From an uncultured Candidatus Saccharibacteria bacterium (GTDB taxonomy: Bacteria; Patescibacteriota; Minisyncoccia; Phycocordibacterales; UBA918): a DNA stretch of 64,000 nt. Position 1 is the first letter of the stretch; each line of letters opens with the position of its first letter. Location of the stretch: the NCBI GenBank assembly GCA_964626635.1, contig CAZVFY010000003.1, positions 7,449 through 71,448 on the forward strand, given 5' to 3'. Under the pieces are notes generated by a model, which saw only the letters and a program-made list of their open reading frames with translations, was not told the DNA's origin and searched no databases. Shown in pieces: positions 17,175 to 26,708 of this stretch. The position numbers and the translations under genes were made by a program.

Positions 17175-18581
17175 TTATTCTGGTTGGTGCATTGCTTCTT
17201 GATCTGCGCTTGACTCCTTTCTATTACTGTAAGCAATAAATACAATTATACCCAACAACACTACAATCACCGACAAAGCCAGGTACACTACCCACCCCCC
17301 AATAGCCGGCGCACCCACCTCTGTTACTGATAAAGAATTGATTTCGTTTGGTTGTACTGCACATTTTTCGTCACACGGAACTGCAAGCTGGTACGCAGAG
17401 AATAAGATAGTCGTGGCTGGTTCATTAGCAATCGCGGCTTCACCAACCGTAGTGCCCGCTACCGGTCGATAGAATTCATATGCAACTGTACTTGAGCCCA
17501 ACTCAGCCGGCCATGAAACCAGCAGGCCTCCACCAGCAGCGACTTCGGTCATCTGGGTAATAGGCGGTGCGTCAGCTAACGTAACCTGCGCGCCGACCGC
17601 GCCCACTGGCCGCCCCTGCCCTCCAAGACTTTCCAGACAAGTGACGGACTGGATTGTCCGCTGGTCAGCAGTATCGAGCTGCACCCCGGTCGCAACCGGG
17701 TATACTGCTGGCACAGTACGGGTGCCAGCAGTATTGAATAATTGAGTCACTACCGGCAAAAACTGATTATTGTTATGGTTTATGCCAATGACGGTGTAGG
17801 GGGTACTAACGTCAATCGCGGTAGTAAGGGTTGTTTCCTCACTCCCGCCACTTATCATTTTAACTGGAGATTGATTTTGATGTAGTACCGCACTTCCACC
17901 AGCGACAGTCCCAGTAAATACTGCGATGTGCTGCTCAAAACCTCTAACAGAACGAGCGGTATTGTTACTGGCTATCACACTGTGCTGTCTAATGGTGTCT
18001 GCGTCACTCCTGGTACTAAGTGTGACGCTGTACTGCGGATCAGTCTCGGCTACTACAAGCTCGACTGCCTGCTGTTGCAAGCTATTACGCATGACTGCAA
18101 ACAAGTCACCTTGGTGGACACCAACTCGAGCCACATAGGTACCCGACTGCACTTGACTGAGGTCTACGTCGGCAGACAAGATCACTTGCTCACCCGGTGC
18201 GACACTCGGTAAAAAATCTAAGGCAGACCAGTAGACTGGAACAGTCGCTTCTTCTGACTGATACAATCCGATCGCTAGGTTGTTATCGTGATAAGTAAAT
18301 GCAAAGGATTGATTTTGTAAATAGATATCAAATGCCGCCACAGCGTCATCGGTAGCGTCCATAATTACCTCTAATCCGGCATCAATATACCCGTCTAATG
18401 TGCACACGGATTGCGTTTCAAAAGTCACATCATTCACAGCTGGCTGGGCAGTTACGGGTGTAGGGGCGAAGCCTAAGAACAGTAATAGACCGACCGCCGT
18501 TGCGATTAGGGTGTACACTCGGTTTACTGCAGCCATGGGCGCGTTGCTAGTACCAGTCATTCGTACTGCGTATAAATCCAT
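17175..18581 (-). CDS. Secreted protein with a C-terminal membrane anchor (468 aa)
   Basis: N-terminal signal/TM. C-terminal TM GWVVYLALSVIVVLLGIIVFIAY followed by a charged tail. Stop lies 4 nt before the next start. Confidence 0.55.
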   Translation of the reverse strand: MDLYAVRMTGTSNAPMAAVNRVYTLIATAVGLLLFLGFAPTPVTAQPAVNDVTFETQSVCTLDGYIDAGLEVIMDATDDAVAAFDIYLQNQSFAFTYHDNNLAIGLYQSEEATVPVYWSALDFLPSVAPGEQVILSADVDLSQVQSGTYVARVGVHQGDLFAVMRNSLQQQAVELVVAETDPQYSVTLSTRSDADTIRQHSVIASNNTARSVRGFEQHIAVFTGTVAGGSAVLHQNQSPVKMISGGSEETTLTTAIDVSTPYTVIGINHNNNQFLPVVTQLFNTAGTRTVPAVYPVATGVQLDTADQRTIQSVTCLESLGGQGRPVGAVGAQVTLADAPPITQMTEVAAGGGLLVSWPAELGSSTVAYEFYRPVAGTTVGEAAIANEPATTILFSAYQLAVPCDEKCAVQPNEINSLSVTEVGAPAIGGWVVYLALSVIVVLLGIIVFIAYSNRKESSADQEAMHQPE

Positions 18582-18635
18582 ACATATATACTACGTCAAC
18601 AATCTAAAGAGGTTGTAGGCTATACACAATAACTG

Positions 18636-20012
18636 TTGTATGATTTTACTAACAAGATTAATCCGCCAACTGACTCCTCGCACTTAATTTTGCACTCATA
18701 CTATATGAATACACATCAACTCTTACAGTACATCAAGCGCTATATTCCAAATTTTATTCTACTTGTACTGCGACCACCCTACCATCACTTTATGGCTTTT
18801 GCCGGAGCGTGCGCGTATCACTTCCCATCCCGTAAGTTGCATGTGATTGCAGTGACCGGTACGAACGGTAAATCATCAGTAGTTGAAATGATGACACACA
18901 TTTTACGCACTGCCGGCCATCGTACCGCCTCTATTTCGACCATGCGGTTTACCGTGGGTGATGACCAGACCGCGAACCGTTATAAAATGACTACTCCGGG
19001 TAGATTTTTTGTACAAAAATTTCTCCGTCAAGCCGTCTCGGCTGACTGCACCCACGCCGTGGTCGAAATGACAAGCGAAGGGGCGGTACAATCGCGACAC
19101 CGGTACATCGCTTTTGATGCCTTAGTGTTCACTAACCTCACGCCTGAGCACATCGAGTCGCACGGATCTTTTGAGAATTACAAAAATGCCAAATTGCTTA
19201 TTGCGCGAGCGGTCACCGCTAGCCCCAAGCGGCCGCGGACGATTGTAGCGAACACCGATGATGCGCATGGCGCTGATTTTCTACTACCTGCTATCGAGCA
19301 CCCATTGGGATACAGCTTATCGGACTTATCTTCGTATACTCTACACAGTGACCACGTCACCCTTACAATTGATAAAATGGAGATTCGTGTTCCCATTGCC
19401 GGTCTCTTTTCTTTGTATAATGCGTTAGCGGTGATCAGGTACGCCCGGGCAATCGGGATCACCCTTCCCACGCTGCAAAAAGCGTTTGCAACCCTGCCCA
19501 CTATCCATGGTCGCGTGGAACAATTCCACTCACCAACTACCGCGGACAAGCAAGTTACGGTCGTGGTCGATTATGCCCACACGCCAGACTCACTGGAGCA
19601 GCTCTACCAAACGTTTGCTGGTGCCTCGCCTGCGCGCAGTCTGATTGGTGTACTCGGCAACACCGGTGGCGGTCGTGATACGTGGAAGCGACCAGCGATG
19701 GGTGCCCTGGCTGAACAGTATTGTGATCAAGTGATTTTTACTAACGAGGATCCATACGATGAGGATCCCGCCGCGATTCTGCACGCAATGCAAGCCGGCA
19801 CTAAAAACCCCGCAGGCATACACATTATTTTAGACCGACGTGAAGCCATTAAAACTGCAATAGCTACAGCGCCAAACAACGCTGTAGTACTGATAACTGG
19901 TAAGGGTACCGACCCTTTCATTATGGGACCCAACGGCAGTAAAGAGCCGTGGGACGATGCAACTGTAGTGAAAGAAGTGCTTAGTGAACAGTTCGGCGGG
20001 TACCAGTCCTAA
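18636..20012 (+). CDS. murE: UDP-N-acetylmuramoyl-tripeptide synthetase (MurE family Mur ligase)
   Basis: VTGTNGKSS P-loop, DYAHTPDSL, C-terminal Mur ligase domain. Start uncertain (18636 or 18705). Confidence 0.75.
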   Translation: MYDFTNKINPPTDSSHLILHSYYMNTHQLLQYIKRYIPNFILLVLRPPYHHFMAFAGACAYHFPSRKLHVIAVTGTNGKSSVVEMMTHILRTAGHRTASISTMRFTVGDDQTANRYKMTTPGRFFVQKFLRQAVSADCTHAVVEMTSEGAVQSRHRYIAFDALVFTNLTPEHIESHGSFENYKNAKLLIARAVTASPKRPRTIVANTDDAHGADFLLPAIEHPLGYSLSDLSSYTLHSDHVTLTIDKMEIRVPIAGLFSLYNALAVIRYARAIGITLPTLQKAFATLPTIHGRVEQFHSPTTADKQVTVVVDYAHTPDSLEQLYQTFAGASPARSLIGVLGNTGGGRDTWKRPAMGALAEQYCDQVIFTNEDPYDEDPAAILHAMQAGTKNPAGIHIILDRREAIKTAIATAPNNAVVLITGKGTDPFIMGPNGSKEPWDDATVVKEVLSEQFGGYQS

Positions 20013-21466
20013 CGAATTGGAACCGATGCTCGTCGTATTTCGAACTGTTCGGCTGCTTGGAGGAGCGCCGGGCGCTCCACTGCACCGGTTGGTAATATTA
20101 ATTCCCCCGGTGCGTGGTTCCCAGCGCTGATAATCGAGACTTGGTTGTGTACCGCTTGTACCCGCAGCATTGACCGTAATTGATGTCGCAATGTGACAGG
20201 CTCATGGAACCATGAATGAGAGACGACGTGCGCTAAAAACGGCGTGTCTGGCTGCGCCTTCAGTAAAGTCCGGGCACCCTGTGGGTTAACTGACTCAAAA
20301 CAAAATAATATTGCTGGGATATGTGTCGGGGTGTTACTGATGATCTGTCGCCCTGGCACGTAAGACATTTGTTCACGTAAGGAACGACCAACAGCACCCA
20401 ACCCCAGCGCCTGTAATACAAATGAAAACTTGTAGGTAATATATTCACCCTGCGGAACTAAATAGTGTTTGTCAGTTTCGTACACGATGGTGTCGGCGCC
20501 GTCGTAAATACGCGCTCGTAGGATTGCTCCAGCGGCAGTATCAGTACGCCCAGAATCAATTAACACCCCGTCAAAGTCAGTACTGAATTGCAATACGTCA
20601 CTGAGCTGTGCGCCGGTGTAGTGCACGGGAAATAAGCGACTATCTTCCGGAAAGAGTATGTAATCGGGCGCCTCATCAAGCGCCAACACGCGATCTAAGG
20701 CTGTTTGTCGTTGTCTAGCGTTATTCATCTGTACCGATTGTTGATTACCACGCGCTAAGTAAGTATCAACAATTACCACATCAGCTGTTTCTTTCGACAT
20801 AGCCAAATAGCTTGTAATTGGGGCGTACGCTGAGAGCACCAACGCTACGAATGCAAGTACACTCAGTAAACGTTGAAACTGGTAGAGGGTATACAAACCT
20901 ACGGCGATACCTATTAGTAGCGCACTTAGGCCGTACACCCCCCCAATCCGAGCAAACTGTAACAAGGTCGCATGTTCTGCCAATAGATACCCCACAAACC
21001 CGAAGCTAAATGAACTATTGATACCAGCCGTTCCTGCGCCGTATGTCACAATTGAAAACGCTGCCGCACCAACTAATTCGCCCACCACCCAATAAACTGG
21101 CAACCCCCACAGCGCCCGATCTGTCACGATTTTTAGTAGCGAGTACAATCCAAATACCACTACCCCACCCAGCCCCAGACTAATAGCGGCCGTTACCCAA
21201 TTCAGCCCAATGGCACCAAGCGCCACTGGACCAGTAATCGCGGCTGGCACCCAAGACAGTGGGTACACCGACCAAAACCACGCAAGCACCATTAGTGCAA
21301 CACTAAACCATAATAGAAATGTGGTGAGGTACGTTTCTTTGTCATCCCTTAGAAGCGATACCCAGTATGCAACTGCCAGCAAACCGAGCCACCATAATAG
21401 TGGATGTAAAAAGGCCAGCCCCAACAGACAGCCAAGGACGATTGATCTACCGTACGAGCGCATCAT
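20009..21466 (-). CDS. lnt: Apolipoprotein N-acyltransferase-like protein (Lnt: multi-TM N-terminal half plus CN-hydrolase domain)
   Basis: YILFPE (catalytic Glu), TDKHYLVPQGEY (matches Lnt KHHLVPFGE Lys motif), ILFCFE (Cys-x-Glu). Confidence 0.65.
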   Translation of the reverse strand: MMRSYGRSIVLGCLLGLAFLHPLLWWLGLLAVAYWVSLLRDDKETYLTTFLLWFSVALMVLAWFWSVYPLSWVPAAITGPVALGAIGLNWVTAAISLGLGGVVVFGLYSLLKIVTDRALWGLPVYWVVGELVGAAAFSIVTYGAGTAGINSSFSFGFVGYLLAEHATLLQFARIGGVYGLSALLIGIAVGLYTLYQFQRLLSVLAFVALVLSAYAPITSYLAMSKETADVVIVDTYLARGNQQSVQMNNARQRQTALDRVLALDEAPDYILFPEDSRLFPVHYTGAQLSDVLQFSTDFDGVLIDSGRTDTAAGAILRARIYDGADTIVYETDKHYLVPQGEYITYKFSFVLQALGLGAVGRSLREQMSYVPGRQIISNTPTHIPAILFCFESVNPQGARTLLKAQPDTPFLAHVVSHSWFHEPVTLRHQLRSMLRVQAVHNQVSIISAGNHAPGELILPTGAVERPALLQAAEQFEIRRASVPIR

Positions 21467-21926
21467 ACAGCACTATACCAGCTGTGGTGGCGACATTCAG
21501 CGACTCTTTTGTACCCTGCATTGGCAGTGCCACCACGTAATGTGACTGCTGTAACACCGCTGCGGGCACACCAGTTACCTCATTACCAAATATATAGATT
21601 CGGGGACGCACTGTGTCATGAGGCAGCTCTCTAAGCGCAATTGCATCTACTGTACGCTCTACAGCAACAATGTCTGTGTCTGGAGCAGCGGTGCGAATAT
21701 GACTAAGCAAATGATTGGCGTTAGCGTGATACGACCATGACACTGTGTTTGATGCACCAAGCGAGGTCTTTTTGATATCTGGCCGCATTCGTCCAAAGCG
21801 GTCTATTGGCGTTGGTGTATGTCCGCACAAATATAGATGAGACACCCCCGCACCGTCGGCCGTACGAAATATTGCCCCGACATTATGCGCACTGCGAATA
21901 TCAAGAAGGATGGCCGAGTGTTGCAT
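21447..21926 (-). CDS. SpoU/TrmH-family RNA 2'-O-methyltransferase
   Basis: LLDIRSAHNVGAIFRTADGAG and IFGNEVTGV motifs. 159 aa. Confidence 0.75.
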   Translation of the reverse strand: MQHSAILLDIRSAHNVGAIFRTADGAGVSHLYLCGHTPTPIDRFGRMRPDIKKTSLGASNTVSWSYHANANHLLSHIRTAAPDTDIVAVERTVDAIALRELPHDTVRPRIYIFGNEVTGVPAAVLQQSHYVVALPMQGTKESLNVATTAGIVLYDALVR

Positions 21927-22025
21927 GCCCCGAGCCTAACAGGCTTGAATCAAGTCGGCAACGCTGGTATAGTGTGCTGCATTCTGTACGCTGGTTGCGA
22001 AAGAATTTTAGAAACTCATACCCTC

Positions 22026-22098
22026 CCCGCCCTTAGCTCAGTCGGTAGAGCAGCAGCCTTTTAAGCTGATGGTCCCAGGTTCGAGCCCTGGAGGGCGG
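22026..22098 (+). tRNA. tRNA-Lys (anticodon UUU)
   Basis: Manual cloverleaf: acceptor CCGCCCT/AGGGCGG, D arm GCTC-AGTCGGTA-GAGC, anticodon loop CTTTTAA, T arm CCAGG-TTCGAGC-CCTGG, discriminator A. CCA not encoded. Confidence 0.85.
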
Positions 22099-22110
22099 AC
22101 ACAGGCAAAA

Positions 22111-22150
22111 AGAAAACACTTGGCATTGCCAAGTGTTTTCTTTTTAGCAG
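22111..22150. terminator. Bidirectional intrinsic terminator after tRNA-Lys (GAAAACACTTGGCA TT GCCAAGTGTTTTC flanked by A- and T-runs)
   Basis: Perfect 13-bp stem, T-run on the + strand, A-run upstream. Confidence 0.7.
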
Positions 22151-22297
22151 TTGCCTGAGGCAACTGCGGCCTGTGTCCGCGGGGGAATATATTGCTTTCA
22201 TTATGACACCGGGAACTAGCACGGTTGGCCGCGGCTGAGTATATTGCGTGAGCAGTTCGAAGCCGGGGATATAGGCGGTTGTCCAGGGATAGACATC

Positions 22298-22994
22298 TTA
22301 TTTTTCCTGCCCCGTGACTAGTTTACGAAAGACTGTTCCAACGACTCCAATTAAAAGACCAAGTAGTAGTAACCCCGTAAATCGAGTCAGCACATACAGC
22401 ACCTCCCCAGCTTGGCTGACCGGCTGCTCGACTGGAATTCCAGCCATGAATACTTTCAATGACCACCACATACCAGCCGGAATACTCGCGAATGAATTTG
22501 TTGCTGGTTCGACCAAATATTAAGAGCGATCCAGTCACCAGCAGTGATACAGTCAATAATGGTACGTAAATCAATACGTTGAAAGAAAGAATACTCACGT
22601 CTTCGGCGTTTACCCCACTGCGACTCAATTTGGTCAGACGTAAGAGTCGTAATAAGCGAATAATTCGCAGGGCTCGCGCAGATTTAAGAAAACTCAGATT
22701 GCCTAGTCCGAGTAAGGTTGGGAGAATTGCTACCAAGTCCACGATCCCAAAAAAGCTAAAGATGTATGAGCGGCGTGGTTTGGTGACTGCGACACGAGCA
22801 ATATATTCAAGTGTAAATAACCCAACCATCAGCCACTCCGTTAGCACAAACCAGCGCTCATATATCCCAAAGACTGGTACTGTCTCCAGGACCACCACCA
22901 GTACCGACACAACAGTAGCTACCGCCAGCACGTCACTCACCCAAATATACGTACGACTATGCGGGTCGAGTAGTGCTCGGCGCAGCAAATTCAT
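22298..22994 (-). pseudogene. Voltage-gated ion channel family (6TM), interrupted by one frameshift near 22505..22520
   Basis: Frame A (22994->22323) encodes S1-S4 with a classical S4 (RALRIIRLLRLLRLTKL) and S5, then loses sense. Frame B (22516->22298) continues with a pore-helix-like FASIPAGMWWSLKVFMAG and an S6-like LYVLTRFTGLLLLGLLIGVVGTVF. Confidence 0.5.
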
Positions 22995-23044
22995 GTGCTG
23001 AGTATAGCACTGTACCCAAATTGCTTACTACAGTGGTACTGAGA

Positions 23045-23746
23045 TTATCTCCCCAACAAGATCCACCGTTCAAGCACATCAGATAATTGCCCCTTGCCTA
23101 CCCGCACATGATGAAAGCCAGCCAGTAGCCGAGCGGCTAGCTGTTCGACCTCGCCAGGCTTGAACGCTCCGAGTGAGCGCTTAGCTTTATTATAGGTGAA
23201 CTCTTTCATGCTAGCCTCTTTGGCCGTTTTGGTGCGGTCGGCTAGCAGCAGCGATTTTAGCTGCCACCACAGTACCCCTACAATTTCTTCTTCGGTGACG
23301 CCGGCTTGCACAGCTTGCTGTAAAATCAGCCACATCTGCCGCCGGTCACGCCGCAACAGGGCATCAGTCAGCGCGAAGGTATTAATGCGTTCGGCTTTCG
23401 CGGCAGTGAACTGCTCGATCGCGTCAGTGACCGCCTTGAATGGCTTGAGATCAGCGGCGAGCAGTACCCCTTCTAACACGATATAAGTGCCAGGCGCCGC
23501 CGCTAGCTCATCAAGCAATTGTAATACGTCTGATTTAAATTCAGGATTTGTGCTCGGGGTATCAAATAAGTACCACGTCTCACCGCCAAACAGTGATTGC
23601 TCCCCAATGGCTGTACTCACTAGACCTGAGCGATACGTATCAGCCGTGATAGTTTCAAGTGTTGGGACGGACGAAGCATTTGCGACCAGTGCGTGAATAG
23701 CGTTCCTCGCTGCTGTACGATCGGTCCCGTAATAGAGTGAGAGCAT
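23045..23746 (-). CDS. holA: DNA polymerase III delta subunit-like protein (short HolA)
   Basis: MLSLYYGTD N-terminus, SLFGG. Located immediately downstream of polA. 233 aa. Confidence 0.45.
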   Translation of the reverse strand: MLSLYYGTDRTAARNAIHALVANASSVPTLETITADTYRSGLVSTAIGEQSLFGGETWYLFDTPSTNPEFKSDVLQLLDELAAAPGTYIVLEGVLLAADLKPFKAVTDAIEQFTAAKAERINTFALTDALLRRDRRQMWLILQQAVQAGVTEEEIVGVLWWQLKSLLLADRTKTAKEASMKEFTYNKAKRSLGAFKPGEVEQLAARLLAGFHHVRVGKGQLSDVLERWILLGR

Positions 23747-23760
23747 ACGTGGACAGTGTA

Positions 23761-26175
23761 TCAGGTGCTTGGATATGGCTCTAGTTCGAACCAGTTCTGG
23801 CCAGTTTTTACTTCGGCGATGACCGGCACACCTTTGGTATCTTGCTCTGATAAAACTTGCTGCATCAACTCGACGAGGGTTGGTATCGTTTGGTCTAGTA
23901 GATCGGATCGGACTTCGAAAATAAGTTCGTCGTGCACCTGCAGCAATAGTCGGACGTCAGTCACCTGCCCGCTAATGTCAATCCAGTTGGCGATATCGCG
24001 CATAGCAATCCGCATGGCGTCGCCGCTCGTGCCTTGGATCGGAGCGTTGATTGCAGCGCGCTCGGCGCCGGCGCGTAAGTACGGGACATTCGATGACAGC
24101 GCTGGAAAGTACCTCCGCCGACCGAGCATTGTGCTGGTGTAGCCAGCGCTCGTGGCGTCGCTTTTAACTTGATCCAGGAATGAAGCGAGGCCACTGAACG
24201 TCGCAAAGTACGCGGCGAGGTACTCGGCCGCTTCGGCGCGAGTGGTGTCTTCCCCCAGGTTGGTGCGCAGCGCATTGACGCCCATGCCATACAGGATCCC
24301 AAAGTTAATAACCTTGGCTTGGCGGCGCATATTGTCGGCCACCTGGTCGAGCGGCACACCGAACACTCGGCTCGCAGCTCCCGCGTGCACGTCTTCTCCG
24401 TTCTTAAAAATCTCTATCAGCGCCTGGTCGCCGGACAACATCGCGGCAATCCGTAACTCGATTTGCGAGTAATCAATTGCGACCAGGGTGTAACCGGGTG
24501 TCGCCACAAATGCCTGACGAACCTTCCGGCCGGCTACAGTCCGGACTGGGATGTTCTGCAAATTTGGATCACGGCTGGCCATGCGTCCAGTAGCGGTACC
24601 GGTCTGCAGCAGTGTCGAGTGTACTCGGCCATCGTCCCCGGTTTGCTCGGGCAGGGCATCAACGTAGGTCGACAGAATTTTAGACAGTTCACGGTACCGT
24701 AAAATCTCAGCGATGATCGGGTGCTCGTCCCGCAAGGTATCAAGCACTGCTTCGGCGGTACTACGTTTGCCGCCGGCGGTTTTCTTCTGTTTGGAGCCGG
24801 TAGCAAGCGCGAGTTTGTCGTACAGGATATTTCCCAATTGTTTTGGTGAATTGATATTAAATACTTCGCCGGCGTGCTCGTGAATAAGTGCCTCGATACC
24901 AACTAACTCTTGATGCAGTTCTTGGCTAAACGTCTCGAGGAATCGTGTATCTACTAGTATTCCCCGTCGCTTCATTGCGCTTAAAATGTCGATCAGCGGT
25001 AGCTCAATAGTCTGATAGAGATCGAGTAAACCACGTTCGGTCACTAGCTGTAGCAAGGCTTGTTTGGTGTCCGTAAAACCTTGAGTCGATAAAAAAGCCG
25101 CGCCGTATTCGACCACATCATCATAACTGGCATTGGTTCGCTCTGAATCTACTAACCACAATAAAATTGCCGCTTCTTGTATGTCGCGCTCGCTCGCACT
25201 TTCGCGCTCTGTCTCGCGCGCCATCGCCATCACCTCGCTGTCATACAGTCGCTTAACCCGATCCCCTAAGTTCCGAAACCCTAACGCTTGGAACAATTGC
25301 AGCAGCGCATCTATATCACCGGTCACCTTCCATTCGGTATCAATTAATTCAAACTCTGCCATCGCATCTGTACGGATCGTAGCTAACATTTTAGAAAATT
25401 CTGCCTCTTCTTGATGTTCTTTAAGGAGATTAATAATGCGTGGCTTTATCCCGGCGTCGAGGAATTGCTGCTCATCAGCTTGAAGTTTTTCGTAGATTTT
25501 TTCTAAACTACCAAAACTAGAGATGAGGGTGGTAGCCGTCTTTTCACCAATTCCGGGAACACCCGGGATGTTATCACTGGGGTCGCCGCGCAAACCTTTA
25601 TAGTCTGGCACTAATTTTGGCCCGAACCCAAACCGATGCTTTACGCCTGCTTCATCGTAGATAACCGTATCATTAAGTCCGCGTTTAAGCGTAAATACTT
25701 CGACACGTTTTTTATCGATGCATTGCAGTGTATCCATGTCACCAGACGCGATGATTACGCGCACCGGTGTGTCACGAGTCAGGTGCGCAATCGTCCCCAA
25801 AATATCATCAGCTTCGAATCCAACCTTTTCGTAAATTGGCACACCAAAAGCTTTCATTAAATCGCGTGAGCGTTCGATTTGCGACACCAGCGCGGGGTCA
25901 GTTTTGCGTCGACCTGATTTGTATGCATCATACGCGTCGTGCCGGTACGTCGGCTGCGGCAAATCGTAACAAGCCGCCAGATACTGTGGGTTGAAATCCT
26001 CGATAATTCTGAGGAGCATTGTCGTCACACCATAGAGCGCGCCAGTTGGGTCACCACTTGGTGAGGCAAAGTCTGGTAATGCGTGATACGCGCGATGCAG
26101 GATTGCGTGTGCATCAAGTAACACCAGGGTCGGTACCTCATTTTCCTTCTTTGGCATATAGGCAGTATACTGCAA
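23761..26175 (-). CDS. polA: DNA polymerase I
   Basis: 5'-3' exonuclease N-terminus (LLDAHAILHRAYHA). Motif B RRQAKVINFGILYGMG. Motif C LLLQVHDELIFE. 804 aa. Confidence 0.9.
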   Translation of the reverse strand: MQYTAYMPKKENEVPTLVLLDAHAILHRAYHALPDFASPSGDPTGALYGVTTMLLRIIEDFNPQYLAACYDLPQPTYRHDAYDAYKSGRRKTDPALVSQIERSRDLMKAFGVPIYEKVGFEADDILGTIAHLTRDTPVRVIIASGDMDTLQCIDKKRVEVFTLKRGLNDTVIYDEAGVKHRFGFGPKLVPDYKGLRGDPSDNIPGVPGIGEKTATTLISSFGSLEKIYEKLQADEQQFLDAGIKPRIINLLKEHQEEAEFSKMLATIRTDAMAEFELIDTEWKVTGDIDALLQLFQALGFRNLGDRVKRLYDSEVMAMARETERESASERDIQEAAILLWLVDSERTNASYDDVVEYGAAFLSTQGFTDTKQALLQLVTERGLLDLYQTIELPLIDILSAMKRRGILVDTRFLETFSQELHQELVGIEALIHEHAGEVFNINSPKQLGNILYDKLALATGSKQKKTAGGKRSTAEAVLDTLRDEHPIIAEILRYRELSKILSTYVDALPEQTGDDGRVHSTLLQTGTATGRMASRDPNLQNIPVRTVAGRKVRQAFVATPGYTLVAIDYSQIELRIAAMLSGDQALIEIFKNGEDVHAGAASRVFGVPLDQVADNMRRQAKVINFGILYGMGVNALRTNLGEDTTRAEAAEYLAAYFATFSGLASFLDQVKSDATSAGYTSTMLGRRRYFPALSSNVPYLRAGAERAAINAPIQGTSGDAMRIAMRDIANWIDISGQVTDVRLLLQVHDELIFEVRSDLLDQTIPTLVELMQQVLSEQDTKGVPVIAEVKTGQNWFELEPYPST

Positions 26176-26207
26176 TTAGCGCGGCGCTGCTTGGGTCTCG
26201 TTTGCAC

Positions 26208-26708
26208 CTAAGCAACGTCGGCTACGACTTGCCGTGAAATAGCAAATGTGCGCACTTTGTTTGCACCAATAATAACTTCTACAGTAATACAATTTACCGG
26301 GAGAATTGTCTGAATTCTTTCCGGCCATTCAATACACAGTAAGTTTTGTGTGTCGAGGATTATTTCCTCAAGACGTAATGGGGCGATCTCTGACTCATCT
26401 TCAATCCGATAGGCATCAATGTGTACCAGCTTCGTATAACACTGATACTCGATTGGGTAGAGATTCATGATTCCAAAGGTCGGACTGGTCACAGTTTCGT
26501 GCACCCCGACCGCATCCGCCACTGCTTGCACCAATGTGGTTTTACCAGCACCAAGATCGCCACTGAGCGCTATGACCGCCGGCCCACGTGGTGGGAGGTG
26601 TGTTAACAATCCGTTCACTACTTGAGTGAGGTCAGCCCCCTCGGGTATCGTGTACGTTTCCATTACTACCAGTATACCCAACGTGATACGATTAGCGATA
26701 TGCTGCAA
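26208..26708 (-). CDS. tsaE: tRNA threonylcarbamoyladenosine biosynthesis ATPase TsaE
   Basis: [21 protein letters not shown]-loop and [11 protein letters not shown]. Confidence 0.8.
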   Translation of the reverse strand: MQHIANRITLGILVVMETYTIPEGADLTQVVNGLLTHLPPRGPAVIALSGDLGAGKTTLVQAVADAVGVHETVTSPTFGIMNLYPIEYQCYTKLVHIDAYRIEDESEIAPLRLEEIILDTQNLLCIEWPERIQTILPVNCITVEVIIGANKVRTFAISRQVVADVA

